Below, in pieces: positions 1 through 12,154 of a stretch of 64,000 nucleotides of DNA (position 1 is the stretch's first letter; every line of letters begins with the position of its first letter). A program made the position numbers and the translations under genes. The notes below the pieces were generated by a model. That model did no database searches, was not told where the DNA came from, and was given only the letters and a program-made list of their open reading frames with translations. Origin of the DNA: Squalus acanthias (taxonomy: Eukaryota); NCBI GenBank assembly GCA_030390025.1, contig CM059431.1, positions 104,844,001 through 104,908,000 of the forward strand, given 5' to 3'.

Positions 1-320
1 AACAAAAATTTAATTTAAAAAGAATTAAATGTTTTTATGGGGCTAAAAATAAACTTACCTTTTTGAAGAGTATTTTAAATTTATCAGGAGTAAGAATTTC
101 ACAGGCATTCAGTGGGCGGAAGTTGGGCAAATAGCGTAACTCTCCACCCGCAGAGGCCCTTCTCCCACGGATGCGGAGGATCTGTCAAGCAGCTTCTTGA
201 CAGATCGCAAGTGCTGGGTTTCAGCGCATGCCCTTCGCATGCCTAAACCCGGAACTTGCGCGGCCCTTACGGGTGCGTGCGCACCTCGTATGCACCCGTG
301 GGGGTCGCAAAATACTGCCC
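1..320. mobile_element. Harbinger-type MITE, right part only (same family as 33998-34757 and 38822-39531)
   Basis: Ends in AAATACTGCCC. Shares cttgacagatcgcaag, cgcatgc and the AT-rich core with 39150-39531. Confidence 0.7.
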
Positions 321-692
321 AATGTGTTTCAGAAGCAGCATGAATTTGTAATAAGCTATTTGCTCTAGGATCTGACAATTAAACTAAGCACAGCGTCAAC
401 AGATGACAGGTGAGAAATGAAATGTGTCCCTGCCAAGATTAGGAGATGCATTTTAAGATGTTAGGTCAGTCAGTGGCTGTAAGGCAAATATGTATTTTAA
501 GTATCATATTAAATCTTTATTACTGTACAGTAAAATGTGCGTTTTTGAAAAGTGAGACATGTTTTCATTATCCTTATCTTAAAGCATTTTTTTCTTCTCG
601 CTGATCAGTCTGATCTGTCAGTTATTGGTAACTGGGCAGTCAGCCAGCTGACTGCGATGGTGGACGGCCATAGTTGTGCTGAGAAACATTTC

Positions 693-1509
693 GGGCTGGA
701 TTTTGTCAATGGGGACGTGATGGAGGCGGGACTCCCACTTTTTGGGTTGTAGTCCCGCCTCCATCGATTTGTGGCCAACCCACGCTACTTTCCCTTGATT
801 GACCTTGTTAAGCCCGCCCAGCGGGCTCAGCAGGCCAATTAAGGGACACCTGGATACTGGTGACGTCAGCGATTGACATTTCATCTGTCAAGAGCTTTTG
901 ATCTGTGAAGCTGTCAAACACTGACAATTTGTCTTCTAACTTGAGTCCTTCTACTCAGACTCAGTTAGAGAGCTTTCCAGACCAGAAAGCAGAGGCTGCA
1001 GCTTTTGACAGCTCAGCGGCCATTCTGCTTTCTGTGCCGGTGAGCTGAGGGACTCCCGAGAACTGAAGGGAGGAAGCCTGGAGGAGAAAGTAAAGGTAAG
1101 TAAAACTTATTAAAACACTTTACACACACCAAACACACTTACCTCTGCACTCATGCTCCCATCACCCACCTGTACACCAGACATCTCGACCCCTCCAAGT
1201 CCTGCAGACCGACGGTCCGCCTCGCTAACTTGGCGTGGTTTGGAGCCGTCGGGCAGCCCACACTTCAGGGCTAAAAATAGGGATTAGCCAAAAAACTGCC
1301 TGTTAACTACCTGTTAACAGGCAGTTAATCGGCACTAATCCCCTTCCCGCCTCGGGAGGCGGCTCCCAGCACAGGTCGGGTACCCGCCTCCTGGGACATT
1401 GGCATGGAGGCGGGTTGGGGGCGGGATGGGTATGTGCCCCACGAATCTGCAATTTTCCCACCATTCCCGCCTCCAAACCCGCCTCCACGGGGCTTGGAAA
1501 ATCGAGCCC
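693..1509. mobile_element. Non-autonomous PIF/Harbinger-type MITE
   Basis: TIRs GGGCTGGATTTT / AAAATCGAGCCC. 3-bp TSD TTC at 690-692 and 1510-1512. Related to 55494-56114. Confidence 0.85.
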
Positions 1510-1819
1510 TTCAAGTTCAAAATGCTTGTGAAAGATTTTGATCTGCAAGAGTGTCTTGTCTGCTTGTGCGCCTTCATTGCTGGGATATAGGCTCCAAATT
1601 CCCTGGCTCATACTTATGCAGAGGTTAACTCGAAACTTACGCTGGTTTCTGTGCCAATTTTGCTGATCGGAACTTAAGTTGAGATTTCCTGCGGAGCTCA
1701 TTTGCCTACACCGGAACGTAAAACCCAACGGAAAACAAGCACAGACGTAGCACCGCTAATTGTTGCCCATTTGTGTTGTGACTGTAGACATGAAAGTACT
1801 TTGTAAGCTACTTTTTAGG

Positions 1820-2159
1820 AGTGAGCCATTGGCGCAGTGGAAGCATTCCTGCCTCTGAGCCTAGATCGGTGCAGAGTTTCAAACCCCACTTGCGACAGTC
1901 CCGGGCGAGTGGGGTCAGAGGCTCCGGCTTTGAATTCTGGGTTAACATCCAGCGGGATGCTTGCGTCCAGTGTGGGTGTGGGTGGCCCTCCCCCCTCCTC
2001 ATGTGGGTAGCCCACAAATCCCTCCCGCTGTATCGGACTAACCACCCTCTCGGCTGGTATAACGTTGGTTACGGCCACAGAAGGAGAGTTAACGCAGCCA
2101 GTCAGACTGTTAGTCAGTCTGCAAATCACTTCACACGGAACAGCGAAAAGAAGAAGAAG
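1820..2159 (+). mobile_element. tRNA-derived SINE with (AAG)n tail
   Basis: A-box TGGCGCAGTGG at 1830-1840, B-box-like GTTTCAAACCC at 1876, 3' tail gaaaagaagaagaag, degenerate flanking direct repeat. Confidence 0.6.
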
Positions 2160-2334
2160 TTATTTTTAAAATTGTGTATTCCCCTCAGGAAAAAAACTTA
2201 CCGCGTGAGGGAAATTTTAACCAAAACCGATGAGTTCGAGTTCATTGCTGGTTTTACCCACCGTCCCCCCGCCTGATTTTACTCTCCATTGAAGTCAGTG
2301 GTCAGTGATATTGGGCAAGCTGTAAAACCAGCGT

Positions 2335-2690
2335 ATCGTTCTATTCCTTTCTCTCTCATGTACTTATCTAGCACTATTTAAATATATAGGTGTATTCATG
2401 TCAAATATACAAGTATAATCAGTATAAAAATCATGATCTCAATTACTTTCGAATGACTCCCAGGTTAAGTTTCCCCTTAAATGCATCTACGCTATCTGCC
2501 TCAACCACTCCCTGTGGTAGCGAGTTCCACATTCTCACCACTCTCTGGGTAAAGAAGTTTCTCCTGATTTCCTTATTGAATTTATTAGCGACTATCTTAT
2601 TTTTATGCCCCTTTAGTTTTGGACTCCCCGCGCCCCCCCCCCCCACAGCAAGCGGAAACATCTTCCCTACGCCTACCCTATCAATTGTCT
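2335..2690 (-). mobile_element. CR1 LINE 3' fragment
   Basis: ORF 2443-2751 contains RRNFFTQRVVRMWNSLP, the CR1 ORF2 C-terminus. Confidence 0.85.
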
Positions 2691-3570
2691 CTGGCAATTT
2701 GTTCTGATGTTTTACTTTTACATGAATCAAACCATCTAAATTTCTCAACAATCAGCTGGTCTGCGTAACCATGGAGCAGGAACAGAATGAAACTGCTCTG
2801 AGGAGAGTTAACCTTGGCCTAGCAGCTATCTTTCAGTAATGATGAAAACACATTAACCTACGAGTGACTAATGGGTTCATGTTTCAGACAGTTCCAGGGC
2901 TCAAAATTAGTGACCTCAACAACATGAAGAGAAGATCTTAACCAGTAAGGTACAAGGTTAATCGGTTTCCTTAACCTCTTTTTTTTTTGTAGACGGTGCC
3001 ATTTCTCTCAGGGTTTATACTGTGACAAATTGTCTCAAACTGTTAAACTATTTAAATATACAAGCATAATCATCATGATCTCGAGTACTTTCGAATGACC
3101 TCCAGGTTAGCGTAGCTGCACGGTATTCTATGTTTCATAGGAAAATTACCTGTGTGTGATACACCAGATGTAAAGGATAAAATCCTGGTGCCTCATTTAA
3201 AGGTTGTAGTGATTTTAAAACATCACAGGGGGCCTTAAATGGAACAGGGAGGAAATGCTCATCCAGCATTGGGGACGCAACTGGATGTCATTAAACAAGT
3301 CATTTTCAATGCACAGGACCCACAGCGTAAGAGGCATTTGTAAGTTAATGAGGTATAACAGTCTCAACCAGGTGTGATTGTATTTCTGCACTATTTAGTA
3401 AATGGGTCTATGTGTACAGTCAGGTCAAGTATATAATACAAAGTGCAGAAAAGCATCAAATATAGGGGACAAAATCATTCTGGAGGAAATATCTGATTAT
3501 GAGCTGGAATCACTGAGAAGCTGGTCACAACAAAAAATATGAGTTTGACATAATTACCACATGTAACCTT

Positions 3571-3826
3571 TAGAATCGTAGAATCATAGAATGGTAGGAG
3601 GTCATTCAGCCCGTCGAGCCCAAGCCGGCTCTCTGCAAAAGCACTTCAGCTAGTCCCACTCCCCCGCCCTTTCCCCATAGCCCTGCAAAAATTTTTCCTT
3701 CAGGTACTTATCCAACTCCCTTTTGAAAGCCGCGATTGAGTCTGCCTCCACCACCTTCTAGGCAGTGCATGACCAATCGCCGCGTAAAAAAGTTTTTCCT
3801 CATGTCGCCTTTGGATCTTCTGCCAA
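3571..3826 (-). mobile_element. CR1 LINE 3' tail
   Basis: (ATTCTATG)-type tail repeat, seen as tagaatcatagaat, plus the CR1 3' UTR. Confidence 0.75.
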
Positions 3827-3970
3827 TATCAACACAACAGGTCTGACACAGTGTCTGATGTCTAATAGGATGCCTATTTCCTAAAATAAAAGCACCTTTC
3901 TAACCCGACAAAGGCTACTAGAAACAAACATGAAACTACAACATTATCAAGATCCCACCTAAAACAAAAT

Positions 3971-4415
3971 AAAGAAAGACAACTTTCACGACCACCAGAC
4001 GTCCCAAAGCACTTTACAGCCAATGAAGTGTAGTTACTGTTGTAAAGTAGGAAACACAGCAGCCAATTTGCACACAGCAAGCTCCGACAAACAGCAATGT
4101 GACAATGACCAGATAATCTCTTTTTAGTGATGTTGATTGCAGGATAAATATTGGCCAGGTCACCAGGATAACCGCCCCCCTCCCTGCTCTTTTCGAAATA
4201 GTGCCATGGGATCTTTTACGTCCACCTGAGAGAGCAGACGAGGCCTTGGTTTAACGTCTCATCCGAAAGACGGCACCTCCAACAGTGCAGCACTCCCTTA
4301 GCCCTGCACTGTAGTGTCAGCCTAGACAGTTGTGGTTAAGTTCTTGGAGTGGGTCTTGAACCCACAACCTTCTGTCTCAGACGCAAATGTGCTACTAATT
4401 GAGCCACGGCTGACA
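3971..4415 (-). mobile_element. Deu-domain SINE (SacSINE1-like)
   Basis: tRNA-like head tgtcagccgtggctcaa, central Deu-like domain, L2-like tail. Matches several other copies in the window. Confidence 0.85.
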
Positions 4416-4971
4416 CTTACCAAACAATGCAATTCTGAATTTACCTTACACTAATAGCAGCCCTGCCACTTTGATGATTCATTGAGAAGTTATTTGCAAT
4501 TGCCTCTAGTTATATGGCAACTACTGGTGCATGCCTTTCATTGCTTACAACCAAGATATAAGTTAACATATTGGGATGTTGGACTTGTTGATTTCTTAGT
4601 TTCGTGACATGGTTAATGTATGTCAATTCATAATTAAAAGAAAATCATTATACACCATATATTATTCTAGACCTTTTGAAATTTTCAATTGACTCCCCAG
4701 CCTCAACAGCTTTTTAGGGAAGAGAGTTCCAGATTTCCACTACCCTTTGTGTGAAGAAGTGCTTCCTGACATCATTATACATTTCACATCATGTTGTGCA
4801 GTGCTTTCCAAAGATACACAAGGGCAGATTTCCCAGCTGTTAGACTCATTCTTGCTGGTGCAGAACAGATGTGCAAGGATCATGAAAGTAGGTGGGGACC
4901 CAAATCACAGCATCGCTGCTTAACTTGCGCTGCCCTCTAATTGGCCAAATGCGCAATAACTCAACCTTAAT

Positions 4972-5663
4972 AGAAACAGAAAATGCTGGAAATACTCAGC
5001 GGGTCAGGCAGCATCTGTGGAGAGAGAAACCGTTTCAGGTTAGTAATTTTTCGTCAGAACTGGAAAAGTTAGAGATATAACAGATTTTAAGCAAGTGCAG
5101 GGGCAGGGACAGGGTGGGGGGTGGGGGTGGGTGGTGGATAGAACAAAAGGGAAGGTCTGTGCTAGGGTGGAAGGCAGGAGAGATTAAATGACAAAAGGGA
5201 TGATGGTGCGAGGCAAAAGGAGATGGTAATGGGACAAGTAAAGAAACAAAAGATGAGTCTAGAAGAGGTGTAAATGGCAATGGCAGAATCATCAACAGCT
5301 GCCATGTGAAAAAATAGGGGCAGAGGTTATGGTGTGAAATTGTTGAACTCGATGTTGAGTCCAGAAGGCTGTAAAGTGCCTAATCGAAAGATGAGGTGCT
5401 GTTCCTCGAGCTTACATTGAGCTTTGTTGGATCAGTGTAAGAGGCCGAGGACGGAGAGGTCAGAGTGGGAGTGGAGCGGAGAATTAAAGTGACAGGCGAC
5501 CGGAAGCTTGGGGTCACACTTACGGATTGAACGGAGGTGTTCTGCAAACGGTCACCTATTCTGCACTTAGTCTCTACAATGTAGAGGAGACTGCATCGTG
5601 AGCAGCGAATACAGTATACTAAATTGCAAGAAGTACAAGTAAATCGCCATTTCACTGATTTTG
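4972..5663 (-). mobile_element. Penelope-like element 3' part (GIY-YIG endonuclease remnant plus terminal repeat)
   Basis: ORF 5380-5655 FTCTSCNLVYCIRCSRCSLLYIVETKCRIGDRL fits a PLE GIY-YIG motif. 15-bp TSD TAACTCAACCTTAAT at 4957-4971 and 5664-5678. Confidence 0.9.
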
Positions 5664-5864
5664 TAACTCAACCTTAATGTTGATTTTGAAGTAAATTACA
5701 TGGTAATTCCTCTTGGTGCAATCTCCTGGTCTGCACACCGTGCCATCAGCCCACATGAGTGAAAAGCCAGCCAAAATGAGTGTTGTTTGTGTCTATTCCT
5801 GGAGTGGTTACTTAAAGATAAGCTTTTGAATTTTGATCGCAGCAACCTAAATTCATAAAATGGG

Positions 5865-5966
5865 TAATAAAAAGAGAAAATGCTGGAAATACTCAGCAGG
5901 TCAGGCAGCATCTGTGGAGAGAGAGAAACAGAGTCAAAGTTTCAGGTCGATGACCTTTCGTCAGTT
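5865..5966 (-). mobile_element. Penelope-like terminal fragment with hammerhead core
   Basis: Minus strand CTGACGA-A-AGGTC-atc-GACCT-GAAAC. Same terminus as 4972-5060. Confidence 0.8.
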
Positions 5967-5977
5967 CTGAAATGTTA

Positions 5978-6287
5978 ACGAGTTCCACATTCTCACCACT
6001 CTCTGGGTAAAGAAGTTTCTTCTGAATTCCCCATTGGATTTCTTGGTGACTATCTTATATTGATGGCCTCTAGTTATGCTCTTCCCCACAAGTAGAAACA
6101 TTCTCTCTGTATCTGCTCTATCAAAATTTTTCATAATTTTAAAGACCTTTATTAGGTCACCCCTCAGCCTTGTTTTTTCAAAAGAAAAGAGACCCAGCCT
6201 GTTCATCCTTTCCTGATATGTATACCCTCGCATTTCTGGTATCATCCTTGTAAATCTTCTCTGCACCCTCTCCAGTGCCTCTATATG
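5978..6287 (-). mobile_element. CR1 LINE ORF2 fragment
   Basis: ALERVQRRFTRMIP...RLRGDLI...FFTQRVVRMWNSL. Confidence 0.9.
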
Positions 6288-8857
6288 CAGACCTGTCTTT
6301 GCAGCCTCCTCTTCACCAGGGAGGTTGTGACTGACTGGTTCCATTGGGTGAACCTGATCTTGCCAGGAGCAAGGATCCATGCGGACAGTACAGCCTCACA
6401 AAATGACCCTTTCAAGATAAAGAGTAGCTTCCCCTATGTTGTGGAGAGTGATTTAGTTATGTAATTGCGATACCTATTCATCTACTTGCAGTCGGTAAGG
6501 AAAGCAGTAATTCTCCAGGAACCAACGAATCAATGCTTCCTGCATTATTTCTGAGTTGTCCCACTACAAACATCTTTCCAACTTTTTTCAAGCGATATGT
6601 GGCACTTTTCCCCCAATTCTACACCCCAGAATACACCCAACCCCCTCCCCCCCTTGCAACAGCATAACCTCTCATTCATGCCAGGGCAGATTCCCCAGTT
6701 TCTTCAATATTGGGCATCAGCAAAAACAGCCCTTCAAAATAAATGACTTAAAAATTGTTGGAATTCCCATCGAAATGAATAGGAATTTATTCTACTTACT
6801 TAATAGTAATGATTTTTTTGTGCCAGTATGTTATGTGATTCAATTTACGTCCTTGAATTTCAACTGTCCAAATCTCAACCTAATCAATTTCACATTTGTC
6901 GCTCACACGTTTCACGGCCCTGTGTTTGTCAATTGCAGTTACTCAAAAATAAAGCAGAACATTATGTCTGGCAGGTGTAAATATAAATGAAATAACTGTA
7001 GTTTGGAAAGTGTGCTATGGTAAGTCATCCAATATATCACAAATATGCGACCAGTTTAACATCGGATATACGGCACAGAAACAGGCCATTCGGCCCAACC
7101 AGTCCATGCTGGTGTTTATGTTCCACTCGAGCCTCCTCCCAGCTTTCCTCATCTAAATCTATCAGCATAATCCTCTATTCCCTTCTCCCTCATATGCTTG
7201 TCTAGCCTCCCCTTAAATGCATCAATACTATTCGCTTCAACCACTCCCTGTGGTAGCGAGTTCCACATTCTCACCACTCTCTGGGTAAAGAGGTTTCTTC
7301 TGAATTTCCTATTGGATTTCTTGGTGACTATTTTATATTGATGGCCTCTAGTTATGCTCTTCCCCACAAGTGGAAACATTCTCTCTGTATCCACACTATC
7401 AACATTTTTCATAATTTTAAAGACCTCTATTAGGTGACCCCTCAGCCTTCTTTTTTCAAGAGAAAAGAGACCCAGCCTGTTCATCCTTTCCTGATAGGTA
7501 TACCCTCGCATTTCTGGTATTATCTTTGTAAATCTTCCAGTGCCTCTATATCCTTTTTATAATAGGGCGACCAGAATTGTACGCACTACTCTAAGTGTGG
7601 TCTAACCAAGGTTCGATACAGGTTCAGCATAACTTCCCCACTTTTTAATTCTATACCAATAGAAATAAACCCTAGTGCCTGGTTTGCTTTTTTTATGGCC
7701 TTGCTAACCTGTGTCGCAACTTTTAGTGATTTGTGTATTTGTACTCAGAGATCCGAGACTTAATGGCACAGTTTTAAAGAGTGTGTACGGAGAAAGGGAC
7801 CTGGGAGTTAATGTGCATAGGTCCCTGAAGATGGCAGGACATATTGAGAGAGTGGTTAACAATGCATATGGGATCTTGGGCTTCATAAATAGAAGTATTG
7901 AGTACAAAAGTAGAGAAGTTATGCTGAACCTTTATAAAGCGCTGGCTAGGCCACAACTGGAGTATTGCATCCAGTTCTGGTCACCACACTTTAGGAAGGA
8001 TGTGAAGGCACTTGAGAGGGTGCAGAGGAGATTTACCAGAATGGTTCCGGGGATGGTGGATCTTAGTTACAAGGACAGGTTGGAGAAGCTGGATTTGTTT
8101 TCATTAGAGCAAAGGAGGTTGAGAGGTGATTTGATAGAGGTGTACAAGATTATGACGGGTTTGGATAGGCTAGACGGGGAAAGGCTGTTCCCACTAGTTG
8201 ATGGTACAAGGACTAGGGGACACAGATTTAAGGTTTTGGGCAAGAGATACAGGGGGGATGTGAGTAATAACTTTTTTATGCAGCAAGTGCTGAGGACCTG
8301 TAACTCGCTGCCGACGGAAATGGTGGAAGCGGAGACACTCAATGATTTCAAGGGGAGACTGGATAGACACTTGAGGGAAATAAACATGCAGGGCTACGGG
8401 GATAGAGCGGGGGAATGGGACTGATTGGATTGCTCTACAGAGAGCTGGCACGGACTCGATGGGCTGAATAGCCTCCTTCTGTGCCATTATGACTCTATGG
8501 GGGAAAAATTAGGTCGCGCCCCGTTTGGGGCGCAAATATCGTCTGGACGCAAAAATTAGCGCCTGGCGCTAATTATTGACACTGACTGGAAACTTCACTT
8601 TTACCGCCCCGGGAGGTGAGTGGAGCGCTAAATCAGGCGCTGCACACCTGTCTTAAGGCGCAAAGGCCGAGCAGTGAGGCGCTAACTCAGCGCGCGAGCG
8701 CAGCGCAGGTGCTGCCAGTTAGCGAGGGAACACAGACACACTGGCGCCGGCCAGTTCTTAAAGGGTGGGGGGGGCAACTTGCTCCCCAGCCACACCCTGC
8801 TCATTGCAGCCTTGATCTCGGCCTGGAGAGACCTGTGAATCCATTTTGCTGCCAAGG

Positions 8858-10680
8858 ATGGAGAGGGTGAGAGAACGAGCTCAGCGCTTCACCGAGCGGG
8901 CCTTGGATGCTCTGGTTGGCGCGGTGGAGCACAGAAGATCTATACTCTTCCCTGAGAGTGGCAGGAGGCCTTTGCCACGCGAGTACAGAAGAGTGTGGAG
9001 GGAGGTGGCTCAGAGCGTCTCCTCCAGGAGCATGGTGCCCAGGACCCATGTCATGTCAATGCCGCAAAAAGTTCAACGACCTCACTCGGGTCGTCAGGGT
9101 GAGTGGCTTTTTCTCAATACCTCTCCATCCCTCCATCTCAACCTCACTCTATGGCCAGAGGGACTTAAAACCCCAATGCACAACACTCATCCAAACCTAT
9201 GGTCCTTTCATGAAACACACACACACATTCCACACTTTGCATACAGTAAGGGCTATTCACCTATGGGAGGCACATCAGGCAAGACCATGGCTGCATACAG
9301 TAAGGGCTATTCACCTATGGGAGGCACATCAGGCAAGACCATGGCTGTATATTTACTCAGATGCTGTCCTTTTTCTTGCAGGCCAAGCTGGCGCATAATA
9401 GGAGACAGCAGCAACGGACAGGTGGAGGGCGGCCTCAGATGCAACCCCTCAGCGATCTTGAGGAGCGCGTCCACAGGATTGTGGCAAGCCGGGTGATCGG
9501 TCCCTTCGCCACTGGAGACGCCGACCCCGTTCTGGACAGCAATGGTAAGGTCATCACATTTTTGTCCTCTGTCCTTCCACTTGTCCCTCACAACACCAGC
9601 CTTTGACACTTTCAATCCAACTTGCTAACTCGCTGCACTTATTCCTCCCTTACTGCCACCCTGTCCTCACGCTAAAGCCACTCTTGTACCTCCCTGCTTT
9701 CAGATGGTGATTCACCAGCTGAGGAGATGGGCCCTGAAGCTGCCAGTGGGAGTGAAGCTGCAGCCGAGGAGGAAGAGGAAGCCGGAGCATCAGTGCCACC
9801 CTCTCCCGAGGATGCCCATGCCCACACTGGGAACACGCCTTCCCTGGAGGGGAGCAGGGGGGAAGGGTCTGATGAGGGTGAAGCTCCAGGACCCAGCGGG
9901 CTGCAGCAACGCCATGGGGGTAGGGAATAACGGGGGCCTTCTCCCCAGAGGGAGAGTATGCCAGCGACTCCTACTGCAATGGACGCAGAGGAGGAGCGGC
10001 TGATCGCAGAAATGAACACCCAGGCGGTGGGCATGCACACTGAGCTCATGGGTGCAGTGGGAAGGGTGCCCGAATGCATTGAGTCACTGGCAAGGAGCGT
10101 GGAGCACTTCGCTGTAGCACAGGCGGATGCCACACTAAAGCTTAGTGCTGCAATTCAGTCACTGACTGCCGTGATCCCATCTCTGACTGCTCTCATGCAG
10201 ACTCAGATTGAGGCCACGCGAGCACTGACTGCTGCCAACCTCGATGGTTCGTTCACATGTCCCCGGGGCTCTCACCGCGCCGCAGCAGGCCAGCAATCTG
10301 TGCTCCAGCAGATTGCTCCGGATGCTTAAGTGCTGCCCCGTGGGAGTGCCAGTGTGTCGGTCGAGCAGGGAATTGCTGTCCTCTCTCACGATGACAGCAT
10401 TCCTGCTGCCAACACTGTCACTTCTCCACTGCACTTGCCACCGCCTGTAGGACAGACTGCTGCCGCCCATGCAGAGTTGGTGCAGTCTGCAGCTGGGCCC
10501 TCCAGGCCCAGAACTGGTCGAGGCCGTCCTTCAGGGGCATCTGCAGTGTCAGGGTCTGACAATCAGGAGCCTTCCACCAGCCTTGCTGCAGCCACTGAGG
10601 TCCCATTACGGAGGAGCAGTAGGGTTAGAAGGGGGGAAGTGCACAAGGGAAGGAGATCACCCTCGAAGGGCAAAAAGTAG
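8858..10680 (+). pseudogene. Harbinger Myb/SANT-like DNA-binding partner gene; exons 8858-9098, 9382-9544, 9704-10680
   Basis: RAQRFTERALDAL..W..VA..QCRKKFNDL trihelix motif, then AKLAHNRRQQQRTGGG. Canonical GT-AG introns with compatible phases. Frameshift near 9050 and in-frame TAA stops at 9928 and 10327. Confidence 0.88.
9238..9345. repeat. Perfect 54-bp tandem duplication in Harbinger intron 1
   Basis: tgcatacagtaagggc...gaccatggc, two copies starting at 9238 and 9292. Confidence 0.95.
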
Positions 10681-10993
10681 GAGGTGTGACAAAATGCTGG
10701 TCATTTTTTTATTAAAGGCCGAGGTTCGTGGTCCAACTTTTGTCTAGTGTTTTGGACATTATCTCCAGGTTGTGAGAACCAGTTATGTTAATGACTGTTT
10801 TTTTTTTGTTTATTTCTATGAGTTTGTCATGAGGAAATGACACACACAGAGTTTGTAAAATAAATAAGTTTTTGTATTCAAAATATACATGTTTGGTGTT
10901 TGGAATCATTGGTGCCTTGGCTGGCTTAGGGGTTGCGTGCTGGGTTCATTGATGTTGTTAGCAATGGCAGAAGCCATTTCCACAGCAGGGGCC

Positions 10994-12154
10994 CTAGAAG
11001 CGGCTTGCTATCAGCCGTTGACGGATGGCCCTTGCAGTTTCACCATTGTGGGCCGCCCTCCCGCCTTGGTGCTGCTGATGATCATCCTCCTCGTCCTCTT
11101 CCTCCTCTTCCTCCTCCTCCTCTGGTGGTGCTCCAAGGCCTGGTGGCATTGGCTGGGCCCTGACGATTGCCATGTTATGCAACATGCAGCACACAACTAC
11201 GAAGTTGGATACTCGCTCAGGCGAGTACTGCAGGGCTCCTCCAGAATGGTCGAGACAGCGGAACCGTTGCTTCAGCACGCCGATTGTGTGCTCAATGATG
11301 TTCCTGGTAGCTTGATGGCTCTCGTTGTACCGCAGCTCAGCAGGGGTGTTGGGCGTACGGAGCGGTGTCATCAGCCAGGTGCTCAATGCATACCCCTTTT
11401 CCCCGAGAAGCCAAACAACTGGCTAATGCGGTGCCTCGAAAAGTTCTGCCACAGTAGTCTGGCGCAGGATGAAAGCATCGTGGCAGCTGCCAGGATAGTG
11501 GGCATTGACAGCGAGTATCAGCTGTCTGTGGTCACAGACCAACTGAACATTCAAGGAATGGAACCCCTTTCTGTTCCGGAAATCCTCGGCATTCTCATGT
11601 GGAGCACGCAAAGCCACATGCGTGCAGTCAATGGCGCCCTGCAACATGGGGAAGCCCGCTATCCTCGCAAAGCCCAGAGCGCGGTCACGCTGCTTGTCTA
11701 GGGTCATGGGGAAAGAGATGAACTCTCGTCTCCTTTTAAAGAGGGCATTTGTGACCTGCTGGATGCAGCAATGCACCGCGAACTGGGAGATATTGGCGAG
11801 GTCCCCAGCAGCAGCTTGAAATGAGCCAGTAGCATAGAAGTTGAGAGCCACTGTGACCTTCACTGCCACCAACAGAGACGTCCTGGACCTCAGTTGAGGC
11901 TGCAGATCTGGCTGCAGCAGGTGGCAGAGCTCAGTGACCACCTCCTTGCTGAATCGCAGCCTTCGCAAACACAGCTCCTCAGACATATGAATGTAGGAGA
12001 GTTGTTCACGATATACCCTGGGAGGGTAAGCTCTCCTGTACAGACGCCTGTTGGCCCTCCTCCGTCTGGCCATCATTGCCACTCTCTCTCTGCGTCTCTG
12101 TGTCCTCCGATTCAGCTGGAGCAGGACGACGCCCCCATTCAGTGCAGCCCCCAT
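10994..12154 (-). pseudogene. Harbinger (HARBI1-like) DDE transposase, about 386 aa, one premature stop
   Basis: [59 protein letters not shown]. ORFs 11423-12223 and 10994-11386 are in one frame, separated by TAG at 11423-11425. Confidence 0.93.

Noticed and set aside
10889..11701. 270-aa hydrophobic plus-strand ORF
   Set aside because: Antisense shadow of the Harbinger transposase; the Leu-rich stretch mirrors its poly-Glu codons.
10994..12154. Domesticated host HARBI1 gene
   Set aside because: It lies between TIRs with a TSD and has a premature stop, so it is a transposon copy.
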